From Acidimicrobiia bacterium (GTDB lineage: Bacteria; Acidobacteriota; Vicinamibacteria; Vicinamibacterales; SCN-69-37): a stretch of DNA of 64,000 nucleotides. Positions 26,490 through 36,447 of the stretch are shown here, piece by piece. Both the position numbers and the translations under genes were made by a program. Numbering within the stretch: the stretch's first letter is position 1; the number at the start of each line of letters is the position of its first letter. The notes beneath the pieces are model-generated. The model saw nothing but the letters and a program-made list of their open reading frames with translations. It was not told the DNA's origin and ran no database searches. The stretch is taken from positions 34,267 through 98,266 of the forward strand of contig VFZF01000009.1 of assembly GCA_016871335.1 (NCBI GenBank). Direction: 5' to 3'.

Positions 26490-26642
26490 GGCGTCATCGT
26501 CGCCCCCCACGGCGCGGCTTGTCAACGGCCCCATGTCACTTGTCGGCGGGGTGCCAGGGTGGTGCAAAGAGGAGTCAGAACTTGTCGGCCAATTCCGAGT
26601 TGGCTCGACGGTGAACAACCCCGGCAGCACTAAGCACCGCTC

Positions 26643-26842
26643 TTAGTACATCCCACCCATTCCGCCGCCAGGCCTTCGGCTGCGCTCAGGCCGCCCCGAG
26701 CGTGTCGAGGGGCGGGAACGACCTGCGTGCGAATCTGCTTCACGCGACCTTCGATGGCGCCCTGCGTGCCGTCGCCTTCAACGATCGTCGTGTTGTCCTT
26801 GTCGATCGTGACCTTCTTGGCCTTGCCAGAGGTCCTCGAGCT
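26643..26842 (-). pseudogene. groEL-derived fragment, copy 2 (3' tail fused to an internal piece)
   Basis: 26643-26674 matches the last codons plus stop of groEL (27534-27565) at 30/32 by my count. 26720-26842 matches groEL 28114-28235 with 7 substitutions and a 1-nt insertion. The two pieces are joined by the 29-nt junction repeat (26672-26700). Confidence 0.75.
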
Positions 26843-26981
26843 GAGGCCCCCTAGCCAGCATCCTGCCGCAACACAGGTTCGGGACCCCGTGGCGCCACGT
26901 TGTCCGGCTGCGTCTGGCCTGGGTGTCTGGCGCCTCTGCGGAAAGACCACCGGGCGGGTGACGACGCGCTAAGATACGGAT

Positions 26982-27173
26982 GTGCCGAAAGTCCGGGAGG
27001 CGATTGCGCTCATCGAGACAGATGGCTGGCGCGTAGTGCGGACGAAGGGGAGCCATCGTCAATTCAAGCACCCCACGAAAGCCGGGCGCGTCACGGTGGC
27101 AGGGCATCCGTCGGACGACCTGGCCCCCGGGACGTTTAATAGCATTCTCAAGCAGGCAGGACTCAAGGAGTAG
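26982..27173 (+). CDS. hicA: type II toxin HicA (mRNA interferase)
   Basis: The 63-aa ORF (GTG start) contains GWRVVRTKGSHRQFKHP, typical of the HicA/YcfA family. Confidence 0.85.
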   Translation: MPKVREAIALIETDGWRVVRTKGSHRQFKHPTKAGRVTVAGHPSDDLAPGTFNSILKQAGLKE

Positions 27174-27175
27174 CG

Positions 27176-27391
27176 ATGCGCAGGTTTCTCATTGTGATCG
27201 AGCAAGCGGCGAACAATTTTTCCGCATACTCGCCAGACCTACCCGGCTGCGTCGCGACTGGGTCGACGCGCGAGGAAACCGAGCGGCGGATGTACGAGGC
27301 GATTCAGATGCACATTGAGGGACTGATTGAGGACAATCAGCCGGTGCCGTCGTCGACGTCGTTTGCGGAATTCGTCGTCGTGCCCGCATAA
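27176..27391 (+). CDS. hicB: type II antitoxin HicB (UPF0150-like)
   Basis: The 71-aa ORF starts 2 nt after hicA. FSAYSPDLPGCVATGSTREE is typical of the HicB N-terminal domain. Confidence 0.8.
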   Translation: MRRFLIVIEQAANNFSAYSPDLPGCVATGSTREETERRMYEAIQMHIEGLIEDNQPVPSSTSFAEFVVVPA

Positions 27392-27429
27392 GGGGCCGGC
27401 GATTCCCTCACCCAGCATCAAACTCAGGC

Positions 27430-27463
27430 AAAAAAGAGGCCCAGCAGCTTTCGCCACCGGGCC
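27430..27463 (-). terminator. intrinsic terminator of groEL
   Basis: The minus strand reads GGCCCGGTGGC-GAAA-GCTGCTGGGCC-TC-TTTTTT. This is an 11-bp stem with G-U pairs followed by a U-tract, about 70 nt downstream of the groEL stop. Confidence 0.6.
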
Positions 27464-27497
27464 CTGAGTCAAACCGAGTGTGAGGGTGGGACTGAAA

Positions 27498-27533
27498 TCC
27501 TCAGTCCTCAATCCTCATTCCTCAATTCGTTCG
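27498..27533 (-). repeat. 4 x 7-nt NTGAGGA array (plus 2 x CGAA) in the groEL 3' UTR
   Basis: The plus strand is tcctcag/tcctcaa/tcctcat/tcctcaa/ttcg/ttcg, directly abutting the groEL stop (27534-27536). The mRNA sense is CGAACGAA-TTGAGGA-ATGAGGA-TTGAGGA-CTGAGGA. Confidence 0.8.
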
Positions 27534-29487
<1,954 letters not shown>

Positions 29488-29536
29488 GTGTGTATGCTCC
29501 GTGGACTGTTGTTTCGGTCCTGTTTGGGCGGTAATG

Positions 29537-29586
29537 CTGGCACTCAGGTCCCCTGAGTGTTAGCACTCCGCGTGACCGACTGCTAA
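29537..29586 (-). promoter_or_regulatory. CIRCE (HrcA operator), two overlapping copies
   Basis: The best copy is 29560-29586, TTAGCACTC-N9-GACTGCTAA, which matches the consensus TTAGCACTC-N9-GAGTGCTAA at 17/18. A weaker copy is 29537-29563, CTGGCACTC-N9-GAGTGTTAG. Both lie between the promoter and groES. Confidence 0.8.
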
Positions 29587-29614
29587 TTGTAGGCGAGCCC
29601 CTGCTGCCGGTCAA
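29586..29614 (-). promoter_or_regulatory. sigma70-type promoter of groESL
   Basis: The minus strand reads TTGACC (29614-29609), a 17-nt spacer, then TACAAT (29591-29586), immediately upstream of CIRCE. The spacer and -35 are bracketed by a 9-bp inverted repeat ggcgagccc/gggctcgcc (29592-29600 and 29615-29623). Confidence 0.6.
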
Positions 29615-29627
29615 GGGCTCGCCCTGT

Positions 29628-29808
29628 GGGTTCATCGGTTCATCGGTTCATGGCTCATGGTGCTGTTCCTGGAACCCGGGTTCTTGGGTGCAGGGTTCTG
29701 GGTTCGAGGTGCGGGGAACCCGGCACCGACCCTGCACCCGGAACCCGATACCCGGAACCCCGGTTCCAGGAACGGCACTGCTGAACCATGAACCGATGAA
29801 CCATGAAC
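29628..29808. repeat. about 180-bp composite imperfect palindrome built from GGTTCATS octamers and GGGTTC/GGAACC units
   Basis: The left arm is gggttcatcggttcatcggttcatggctcatggtgctgttcctggaacccgggttc... The right arm is ...gaaccccggttccaggaacggcactgctgaaccatgaaccgatgaaccatgaac. The arms align as reverse complements over about 85-90 nt, centred near 29718. Confidence 0.8.
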
Positions 29809-29809
29809 A

Positions 29810-29837
29810 GTCCACGGTCCGCAGTCCCCGGTCCGCT
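29810..29837. repeat. 4 x 7-nt GTCCNCN array
   Basis: gtccacg/gtccgca/gtccccg/gtccgct lies between the palindrome and the stop of the Fis-like gene. It has the same GTCCGC core as the reverse complement of 20885-20914. Confidence 0.7.
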
Positions 29838-29840
29838 GTG

Positions 29841-30053
29841 CTAACCGGCGCGTTTAATCCGGTAAGCGGTGATTTTGCGCGAGAGGGTGTTGCGGTGCAG
29901 GCCGGTGATCTTGGCCGCTTTGCAGACGTTACCCTTGGTCTTGGCCAGGGCGCGCGCGATGAAGAGGCGTTCGAACTCGCGCTGGGCGTCCTCAAAATAG
30001 ACGCCGCGGTCGAGCAGATGCTGCACGAGCGTGTCGAGATCGTCCTTGATCAT
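29841..30053 (-). CDS. Fis-family helix-turn-helix DNA-binding protein
   Basis: The 70-aa ORF contains GNVCKAAKITGLHRNTLSRKI, a Fis-type HTH. Confidence 0.7.
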   Translation of the reverse strand: MIKDDLDTLVQHLLDRGVYFEDAQREFERLFIARALAKTKGNVCKAAKITGLHRNTLSRKITAYRIKRAG

Positions 30054-30063
30054 TGACGGCCGA

Positions 30064-30969
30064 TCACGCGACGTCCAGGTCGTGCCCGGTGATGACCCGG
30101 TAGGCTTCGAGGTACTTGGCGCGCGTCTTGGCGACGACCTCGCCCGGCAGGGAGGGGACCGGGGGCTGCTTGTTCCAGCCGATCTCTTCCAGGTAGTCCC
30201 GCACGAACTGCTTGTCGAAACTGGGCTGGCTGCGGCCGGGCTGATACTGATCCTTCGGCCAGAACCGCGACGAATCGGGCGTCAGGACCTCGTCGATGAG
30301 CACGAGTTCGTTGCCCTTGGCCTCGTCGATGCCGAATTCAAACTTGGTATCCGCGATGATCACGCCGCAGGTTTCGGCGTGGGCGACGCCGCGCGAATAG
30401 ATTTCGAGCGTGAGGCGCTTCAGGCGCTGAATCAGCTCTTCGCCCACGATCGTGCCGGCCTCGGCTTCGCTGATGTTTTCGTCGTGGCCCGATTCCGCCT
30501 TGGTCGCAGGCGTGAAGATGGGCTGCGGCAGCCGATCCGAGTCGCGCAGGCCCGGAGGCAGCGGGATGCCGCACACCGCACCGGTCCTGGTGTAGTCCTT
30601 GAGGCCCGAACCCGAGAGGAATCCACGCGCCACACACTCGACCTGCAGCGGGTTGGTCTTGCGCACCAGCATGGACCGGCCGCGCAACACGTCGGCGTGC
30701 GCGCGCGCTTCGGCGGGGAAGTCGTTGACATTGACCGAGATCAGGTGGTGCGGCACCAGGTCGGCGATCTTGGAGAACCAGAACGCTGACAATTGTGTCA
30801 GTACCTTGCCTTTGTCGGGGATCCCCGATCCAAGCACGTAGTCAAACGCCGAGATGCGGTCGGTCGCGACGATCAGCAGCGTGTTGCCGAGATCGTAGAC
30901 GTCGCGGACTTTGCCGCGCCGCTGCAACGTGAGACCGGAGAGATGTGTTTCAAGTACGAGTGATGACAT
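30064..30969 (-). CDS. purC: phosphoribosylaminoimidazole-succinocarboxamide synthase
   Basis: The 301-aa ORF has [17 protein letters not shown] and DTKFEFG motifs of SAICAR synthetase. Confidence 0.92.
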   Translation of the reverse strand: MSSLVLETHLSGLTLQRRGKVRDVYDLGNTLLIVATDRISAFDYVLGSGIPDKGKVLTQLSAFWFSKIADLVPHHLISVNVNDFPAEARAHADVLRGRSMLVRKTNPLQVECVARGFLSGSGLKDYTRTGAVCGIPLPPGLRDSDRLPQPIFTPATKAESGHDENISEAEAGTIVGEELIQRLKRLTLEIYSRGVAHAETCGVIIADTKFEFGIDEAKGNELVLIDEVLTPDSSRFWPKDQYQPGRSQPSFDKQFVRDYLEEIGWNKQPPVPSLPGEVVAKTRAKYLEAYRVITGHDLDVA

Positions 30970-31001
30970 GACGTGAAGGAAAGGGAAGCGTAGATCAAAA
31001 T

Positions 31002-32117
31002 CTACTTGCGCACAACAATTTCTCCGCGTGTATTGCGGATTGTCACGCGCGCGCCGCCCGCCTTCCCGAACGTATGCACCAATTTCTGGTTCGTGCCTGA
31101 TATTTCCGGTGTGAGATTGACGTCGCTGGCCTGAATCTTGCCGTCCGTGCTCATGGCATCCAGGTCAAAAGACGCGTCCGGCTTCACAATCACGCGCGCC
31201 GTCTGGTCCGTCGTGAGCACCGTGACGGGTGCAGGTCCTGCCACGGTCAGTTCCACTTCGGCGCGTCGCACGTCGATACGACTTTCCGCGCCAGGACTAT
31301 CCAGCGTCACGCGCCCATCGGCGCCTCGCACCACCACCGGGCCTTTCTGGCCAACCACGGAGATTTCAGCACGGGCCGTCTCGATATCCACCGGTCCCGC
31401 CGACGTCGTCACCGAACATTCACCGTCGCGCACGTCGAGCGTCAGGCCGCCCGTGATGTTCCCGAACTGGCTGCGGAGGCGCGACAGCCGCATTTTGACC
31501 GAGCCGGCGCCGGTCACCGTCACCGCACCATCCACATGAATGCCGCCCACGGCGCCCGACACATTCGAAATCGTGATGGCGCCCCGCGTCGCTTCCACAT
31601 GCGCCGCCGCGACATCGCTGATGGTCACACCGGTCGCCGTTTCAACGCGCACTTCCAGCGACATCGGCACCTTGATGACGGCGGTCGCCGTTTGCGAGGC
31701 TTCCGGGGGGAAGTCGGCACGCAGGATGATGGTGTCCGCGACGTGGTCCGGCACAAACACCGTCCGGGTCGCATACGTCTTCGCCGTTTCATCGTCCGGG
31801 CCATCAGAGCTGACCGTGAGGGTGTGCTCGATGTCGGAGCGGCGCTCGCCCACGATGGTGACGCCGCCACGGCCGACGCCGACCACGCGGACTTCGCGCA
31901 GACCGGGAGGCACGGGCATGGTGTGGGAGTGAATCACTTCGGCCCGTCCGGGGTTGACGCGCATCTCGCGCCGGGCCTCGTTGACGATGTTCGCAAACGA
32001 GAATCCTGACGTGCCGGTGGCCGGCGGGGCTGTGAACTGGTAGACCACGGCGCCGACGACCACAAAGACGGCAATGATGGCGAATTCTCGTTTCCCCATG
32101 TTCAGCGACTTCCGCAT
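31002..32117 (-). CDS. DUF4097-family beta-strand repeat protein (membrane-anchored)
   Basis: ORF 31002..32888 was trimmed to [26 protein letters not shown] at 32117. The rest is a repetitive beta-strand region. The longer N-terminal extension is antisense to the next gene. Confidence 0.75.
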   Translation of the reverse strand: MRKSLNMGKREFAIIAVFVVVGAVVYQFTAPPATGTSGFSFANIVNEARREMRVNPGRAEVIHSHTMPVPPGLREVRVVGVGRGGVTIVGERRSDIEHTLTVSSDGPDDETAKTYATRTVFVPDHVADTIILRADFPPEASQTATAVIKVPMSLEVRVETATGVTISDVAAAHVEATRGAITISNVSGAVGGIHVDGAVTVTGAGSVKMRLSRLRSQFGNITGGLTLDVRDGECSVTTSAGPVDIETARAEISVVGQKGPVVVRGADGRVTLDSPGAESRIDVRRAEVELTVAGPAPVTVLTTDQTARVIVKPDASFDLDAMSTDGKIQASDVNLTPEISGTNQKLVHTFGKAGGARVTIRNTRGEIVVRK

Positions 32118-32133
32118 ATAGAATACCGGGGCT

Positions 32134-33141
32134 TTGTCGTCGAAGTTCCCCTGGTCCGGCGTGGTGGTCACTATGCTGACCGCTGCGCTGTTGTGGTGGT
32201 TCGTCAAGGATCTGGACTGGGCCGAGATCGGGCGGGCCTTTTCGGCCGCGAATCCGTGGCTGCTGGCCGCGTCGGTGCTCGTGACGCTCCAGACGTATCT
32301 GCTGCGGACCTGGCGCTGGCAGGCCCTGCTCGGGCCTGTCGGGCCGGTGCGTTTTGGTCCCGCCTTCCGGGCGACCGTGATCGGCTTTACGGCCTTGTTC
32401 CTGCTGCCCGCCCGCGTGGGCGAGGTGCTGCGTCCATACCTGCTCGCCAGGGAAGAGCGGCTCAGCGTTTCTGCCACCTTCGCCACCGTGATCGTCGAGC
32501 GGATGATCGACCTGACGACCGTCCTGTTGCTGTTTGCGTGTTCACTGCCGTTCCAGCCGGTGGATGTGGGGCCGGAAACCAGGCTCGCCGGGGCCGGGGC
32601 GGCGGTTGCGGCCGCAGCCGCGCTGGGCGTACTCTTTGCCTGCGCGGGCCATCCGGAGCGCCTGGGGCGGCTGGTGGACCGGCTGACCGGTTGGTTGCCG
32701 GCCCGCGTGGCGCTGGCGATCGGCAGTTTCGCGCGGAAGTTCGCGGGGGGACTGGGGGTCATGCGGGCCCCTTCCGCGCTGGTCCGGACCTTCGGATGGT
32801 CAGTGGCCTTGTGGGCGTCGATTTGTCTCGCCATCTGGCTGGTGACACGCGCGTTCGGTTTGACGATGCCCTTCGTCGGCTCGTTCATTGTGGTGATGTA
32901 TCTGGTGTTGGGGGTGTCGGCGCCGACGCCCGGCGGCTTCGGGGCCTTCCATCTGGCCTACCAGTTCGCGGTGATGACGTATTTCGGCGCAGGGGGGGAC
33001 ACGGCGGCCGCCGCAGCCATCGTGTTGCATCTGGTGTCATTTGTGCCGGTGTCCTTCCTCGGGTTTTACTTCATGGGGCGGATGGGGCTGACGTTGGGGA
33101 GTCTCAAGCGCATGAACACACAGGAGACGAGCCAGCCGTGA
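32134..33141 (+). CDS. UPF0104 / lysylphosphatidylglycerol-synthase-TM-like membrane protein
   Basis: This multi-pass membrane ORF contains LRTWRWQALL and PARVGEVLRPYLL. The start is uncertain (TTG 32134 or ATG 32173). Its stop overlaps the nrdR GTG. Confidence 0.75.
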   Translation: MSSKFPWSGVVVTMLTAALLWWFVKDLDWAEIGRAFSAANPWLLAASVLVTLQTYLLRTWRWQALLGPVGPVRFGPAFRATVIGFTALFLLPARVGEVLRPYLLAREERLSVSATFATVIVERMIDLTTVLLLFACSLPFQPVDVGPETRLAGAGAAVAAAAALGVLFACAGHPERLGRLVDRLTGWLPARVALAIGSFARKFAGGLGVMRAPSALVRTFGWSVALWASICLAIWLVTRAFGLTMPFVGSFIVVMYLVLGVSAPTPGGFGAFHLAYQFAVMTYFGAGGDTAAAAAIVLHLVSFVPVSFLGFYFMGRMGLTLGSLKRMNTQETSQP

Positions 33142-33590
33142 AGTGTCCGTACTGCACCCATCTTGGCGACAAGGTCGTCGATTCCCGCGAAAGCAAGGAA
33201 GGCGACGTCATCCGCCGCCGCCGCGAGTGTCTGGAGTGTGGCCGGCGCTTCACGTCGTACGAACGGATCGACGAAATCCCGTACATGGTCGTGAAGAAGG
33301 ATGGCCGGCGTGAGCGCTTCGAACGGCAGAAGCTGGTGGCCGGGTTGCTCAAGGCCTGCGAGAAGCGGCCGGTGCGCGTGTCCGCGCTCGACGATGTGGC
33401 TGATGAGGTCGAAGCCGCGCTTCAGGACAAGCCCGAACGGGAGATGTCCACCGAGGAAATTGGCGCGCGCGTGATGGACGCGTTGCGGCATCTCGACAAG
33501 GTCGCGTATGTCCGGTTCGCGTCGGTGTATCGCAACTTCCGCGACATCGATGAATTCAAGAGCGAACTCAACGATCTGTTCAAATCGTGA
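33138..33590 (+). CDS. nrdR: transcriptional repressor NrdR
   Basis: This is the last 150 codons of ORF 32193..33590, with a GTG at 33138. It has the zinc ribbon KCPYCTH...CLECGRRFTSYE followed by an ATP-cone. Confidence 0.9.
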   Translation: MKCPYCTHLGDKVVDSRESKEGDVIRRRRECLECGRRFTSYERIDEIPYMVVKKDGRRERFERQKLVAGLLKACEKRPVRVSALDDVADEVEAALQDKPEREMSTEEIGARVMDALRHLDKVAYVRFASVYRNFRDIDEFKSELNDLFKS

Positions 33591-34126
33591 TGCGCCGTTC
33601 CCTGCCTGCGTGGATGCTGGTCGCCGTGGTCGCGACCTCGGCCTCCCTGGCGGCCTCTGCCGTGCGCATCACGCCGGTGCTGGCTGACGACAAGGTCATG
33701 GCGACATTCGCGGCGTCGTCGGTCTTTTCGTCCGACGTGCGTGAGGCCGTGCAGAGCGGGTTGTCCGTGACCTTCACCTTCACGGCCGAACTGCGGCGCA
33801 CGACGACGTTGTGGTTCGACAAGACGATTGCCTCGACGGAGGTTTCGTCCACGGTGAAGTTCGACATGCTGACGGGGATTTATCAGGTGTCCAAACTGCG
33901 CGGCGACACCGTGCACTGGTCCCACCAGACGCAGAAAGAAGACGAAATGCGGCTGTGGATGACCGAGTTCGAGCGCGTGACGCTCGACGACGTGAAGGTG
34001 CTTGAGAGCGGCAGCGAGTACTACATCCGGGTGCGGGCGCGCGACAACCTGCCCCGCGGGTTTTCGCTGTGGCTGTTCGGCCACGATGCGGTGTCGGGCC
34101 GCGTCGAGTTGACCGCCGGTCGCTGA
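33587..34126 (+). CDS. DUF4390 domain protein
   Basis: The 179-aa ORF has a signal peptide. Its start (GTG 33587 or ATG 33590) overlaps the nrdR stop. It occupies the typical DUF4390 position upstream of an NtrY-type kinase. Confidence 0.7.
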   Translation: MMRRSLPAWMLVAVVATSASLAASAVRITPVLADDKVMATFAASSVFSSDVREAVQSGLSVTFTFTAELRRTTTLWFDKTIASTEVSSTVKFDMLTGIYQVSKLRGDTVHWSHQTQKEDEMRLWMTEFERVTLDDVKVLESGSEYYIRVRARDNLPRGFSLWLFGHDAVSGRVELTAGR

Positions 34127-34134
34127 AGCCGCCC

Positions 34135-36441
34135 ATGCTGCTTGATGCGCCGCCCGTGCCGCCGCCCGCCCCTGTGGCGCGCCGTCGTGCGCTCGACAGT
34201 CCCCGGGTGCTCATTGGTCTCGTGCTGGCGCTCGCCGCCATCCTGGTCGGTGTGTTGTGGGTGCCCGGCCGCATCACCCGGCTCGAAGAGTCGCTCATCA
34301 GTGAAGTCGTGCTCTATGCGGTCGCGGCCGTGGACGTCGCGATGCTGCTGGCGCTGTTGTTCGTGCTCGCGCGCAACATCATCAAGGTGTTTGTGGAGCG
34401 CCAGGCGGGCACGCCGTTCGCGCGCTTCAGGACCAAACTGGTGCTGGCGATGATCGGCCTGACGATCGTGCCGGCGTCGCTCGTGTTGATCATCGGCAAC
34501 GAATTTCTCCGAAGCAGCGCCGACCGCTGGTTCAGCGTCCCGGTGGACGAAGCCCTCGACTCGGCCGCCACCATCGCCGCCCAGTATTACCGCGAGCGCC
34601 AGGAGGCCGTCACATTGCGCGCGGCGCGCTTGACGGATCTGCTGCCGCCAGGACTCATCGAGGCGGGCGACGTGGCGGCCATCACGGGGCTGGTGCGGGG
34701 CGAGTTGTCCACGATGCGTGACGGGCTCGTCGAGGTCTATCAGACGGTGCCGACGGCGTCGGGGGAACGGGATGCGGTGTTTCTGCTCGCGCAGCAGGTG
34801 GGGGCGCCGCCCCCCGACGCGGTGCGCGCGTCGGCAGACCGGCTGGCCGCACGCGTCGCCGCCACGGGAACCCCCGCCACGGCCGACGATGCCGTACCCA
34901 GTGGCGGCGTGCTGATCCGGGCAGGGGCGCCGGTGAGGAACGCTGAGGGCGTGGTCGGCGGCGTCGTGGTGGTGTCGCTGCATGTGACCGAGGCCTTGAG
35001 CGCGGAGGCCCGTCGCGCGACCAACGCCTACGCGCAATGGCGGCAACTCCGGGTGATGAGTGGCCCCCTGCGCGGCGTGTACCTCGGCGTGTTTGTCATG
35101 ATCACGCTGCTGATTCTGATCAGCGCGACATGGCTGGGGTTCTACATTGCGAAGCGCATCACACGTCCCGTCCAGATGCTGGCGGAAGGCGCGCGGGCGA
35201 TCGGCGCGGGCCGTCTGGACCTGCGGCTCGAGCCCCAAACCGGCGACGAACTGGGATCGCTGGTGGAGGCCTTCAACACGATGGCGGCCGAGCTGGGCAC
35301 CAGCCAGGAGCGGCTCGAGCAGTCGCGGCTGGCGCTGACCGAAAAAAATGTCGAAATCGAAACGCGCCGCCGGTATATCGAAACCGTGCTCGAACGTGTC
35401 GCGACTGGTGTCATTTCGGTGGATGCGGCGGGCCGGGTGTCCACGATCAACGGCGCGGCGATGCGGTTGCTGGGACTCGATGTGTCGGTGATCGGCACGC
35501 CCGTCGCGTCGGTGCTGTCGCGTGACGACCTGCAGGCGTTGCACGCGTTGCTGCGGCCTCAGGCCGGAGGGGCGCCGGCGAAGTCCGGCGCAGGCGGCAT
35601 CGAGGAGATCACGATCAGCGGACCAGAGGGGGAGCTGCATCTGGCGGCTGCAGCCACCACCCTGGTGGGAGCGGATGGCACCCCGGAGGGCGTGGTGCTG
35701 GTGCTCGACGACGTGACACCGCTGATTCGGACGCAGCGTGTGGCGGCGTGGCGCGACGTCGCCCGGCGGCTCGCGCATGAAATCAAGAACCCGCTGACGC
35801 CGATTCAGCTGAGCGCGGAACGGCTGCGCCGCAACTTTGCGAGCGCGCCGCCGAACGCCCGTGCGCTGGTGGACGAGTGCACGGGGGCCATTATCACCGA
35901 AGTGGATGCGCTCAAGGGGTTGGTGGATGAGTTCGCGCAGTTCGCCCGGTTGCGGGGACCACGCATGGCGCCGGCCGATTTGAACGCGATCGTGGCCGAA
36001 ACGCTCTCGCTCTACACGGGGGTGCTGCAGGAAAGCACGTTGCGTGTGGAGCCGCAGCTCGCGCCGGGGCTTCCGCTGGTCCGCGTGGACGTCGAGCAGA
36101 TGCGCCAGGTCATCATCAATCTGATCGACAACGCCATGGAGGCCCTGGGTGGTCCGTCTGGTCCGCCCCGGCCTGACGGGGCGTCGCCCCGCATCGTGAT
36201 TGCCAGTGCGTTTGACGCCGCAGCGCCCGGCGTCGTGCTGACGGTGACCGATAACGGTCCGGGCGTGCCGGTGGCCGATCGCGACAAACTGTTCATGCCG
36301 TACTATTCGACGAAGGGGCGCGGGAGCGGCCTGGGACTGGCCATTGTGCAGCGCATCATCGCGGAGCACGGCGGCCGGATTGAGGTGGGCGACGCCGCGC
36401 CCGCCGGGACCGTCGTGACGGTCGTGCTGCCGGCGGAGTAA
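34135..36441 (+). CDS. NtrY-like sensor histidine kinase (TM-HAMP-PAS-HisKA-HATPase)
   Basis: ORF 34069..36441. The ATG at 34135 is preferred because it removes the overlap with the DUF4390 gene. It has a HAMP region (RPVQMLAEGARAIGAGRLD), the H-box HEIKNPLTPIQLSAERL and a G-box DNGPGV...GSGLGLAIV. Confidence 0.85.
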   Translation: MLLDAPPVPPPAPVARRRALDSPRVLIGLVLALAAILVGVLWVPGRITRLEESLISEVVLYAVAAVDVAMLLALLFVLARNIIKVFVERQAGTPFARFRTKLVLAMIGLTIVPASLVLIIGNEFLRSSADRWFSVPVDEALDSAATIAAQYYRERQEAVTLRAARLTDLLPPGLIEAGDVAAITGLVRGELSTMRDGLVEVYQTVPTASGERDAVFLLAQQVGAPPPDAVRASADRLAARVAATGTPATADDAVPSGGVLIRAGAPVRNAEGVVGGVVVVSLHVTEALSAEARRATNAYAQWRQLRVMSGPLRGVYLGVFVMITLLILISATWLGFYIAKRITRPVQMLAEGARAIGAGRLDLRLEPQTGDELGSLVEAFNTMAAELGTSQERLEQSRLALTEKNVEIETRRRYIETVLERVATGVISVDAAGRVSTINGAAMRLLGLDVSVIGTPVASVLSRDDLQALHALLRPQAGGAPAKSGAGGIEEITISGPEGELHLAAAATTLVGADGTPEGVVLVLDDVTPLIRTQRVAAWRDVARRLAHEIKNPLTPIQLSAERLRRNFASAPPNARALVDECTGAIITEVDALKGLVDEFAQFARLRGPRMAPADLNAIVAETLSLYTGVLQESTLRVEPQLAPGLPLVRVDVEQMRQVIINLIDNAMEALGGPSGPPRPDGASPRIVIASAFDAAAPGVVLTVTDNGPGVPVADRDKLFMPYYSTKGRGSGLGLAIVQRIIAEHGGRIEVGDAAPAGTVVTVVLPAE

Positions 36442-36447
36442 TCAGGC

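Noticed and set aside
23743-26842. Diversity-generating retroelement (template/variable repeat) explanation for the groEL-like fragments
   Set aside because: Mismatches between the fragments and groEL include G/C-to-C/G and other changes and are not restricted to adenine positions. There is also an indel, and no reverse transcriptase gene is in the window.
26630-26950. 106-aa minus-strand ORF containing [20 protein letters not shown]
   Set aside because: It is not an independent gene. The peptide match comes from a groEL-derived DNA fragment that carries a 1-nt insertion and lacks the rest of the gene, so it is treated as a pseudogene fragment.
32118-32888. N-terminal extension of ORF 31002..32888 (628 aa)
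   Set aside because: The extension is low-complexity, Ala/Arg/Ser/Thr/Pro-rich, and antisense to the UPF0104 membrane gene. The real protein starts at the TM-anchored [12 protein letters not shown] (32117).
32193-33137. First 315 codons of ORF 32193..33590 (465 aa)
   Set aside because: This is an out-of-frame read-through of the membrane protein gene. Only the last 150 codons, from the GTG at 33138, are NrdR.
34021-36369. 782-aa minus-strand ORF
   Set aside because: It is antisense to the NtrY-like kinase, which has clear HAMP, H-box and G-box motifs on the plus strand.
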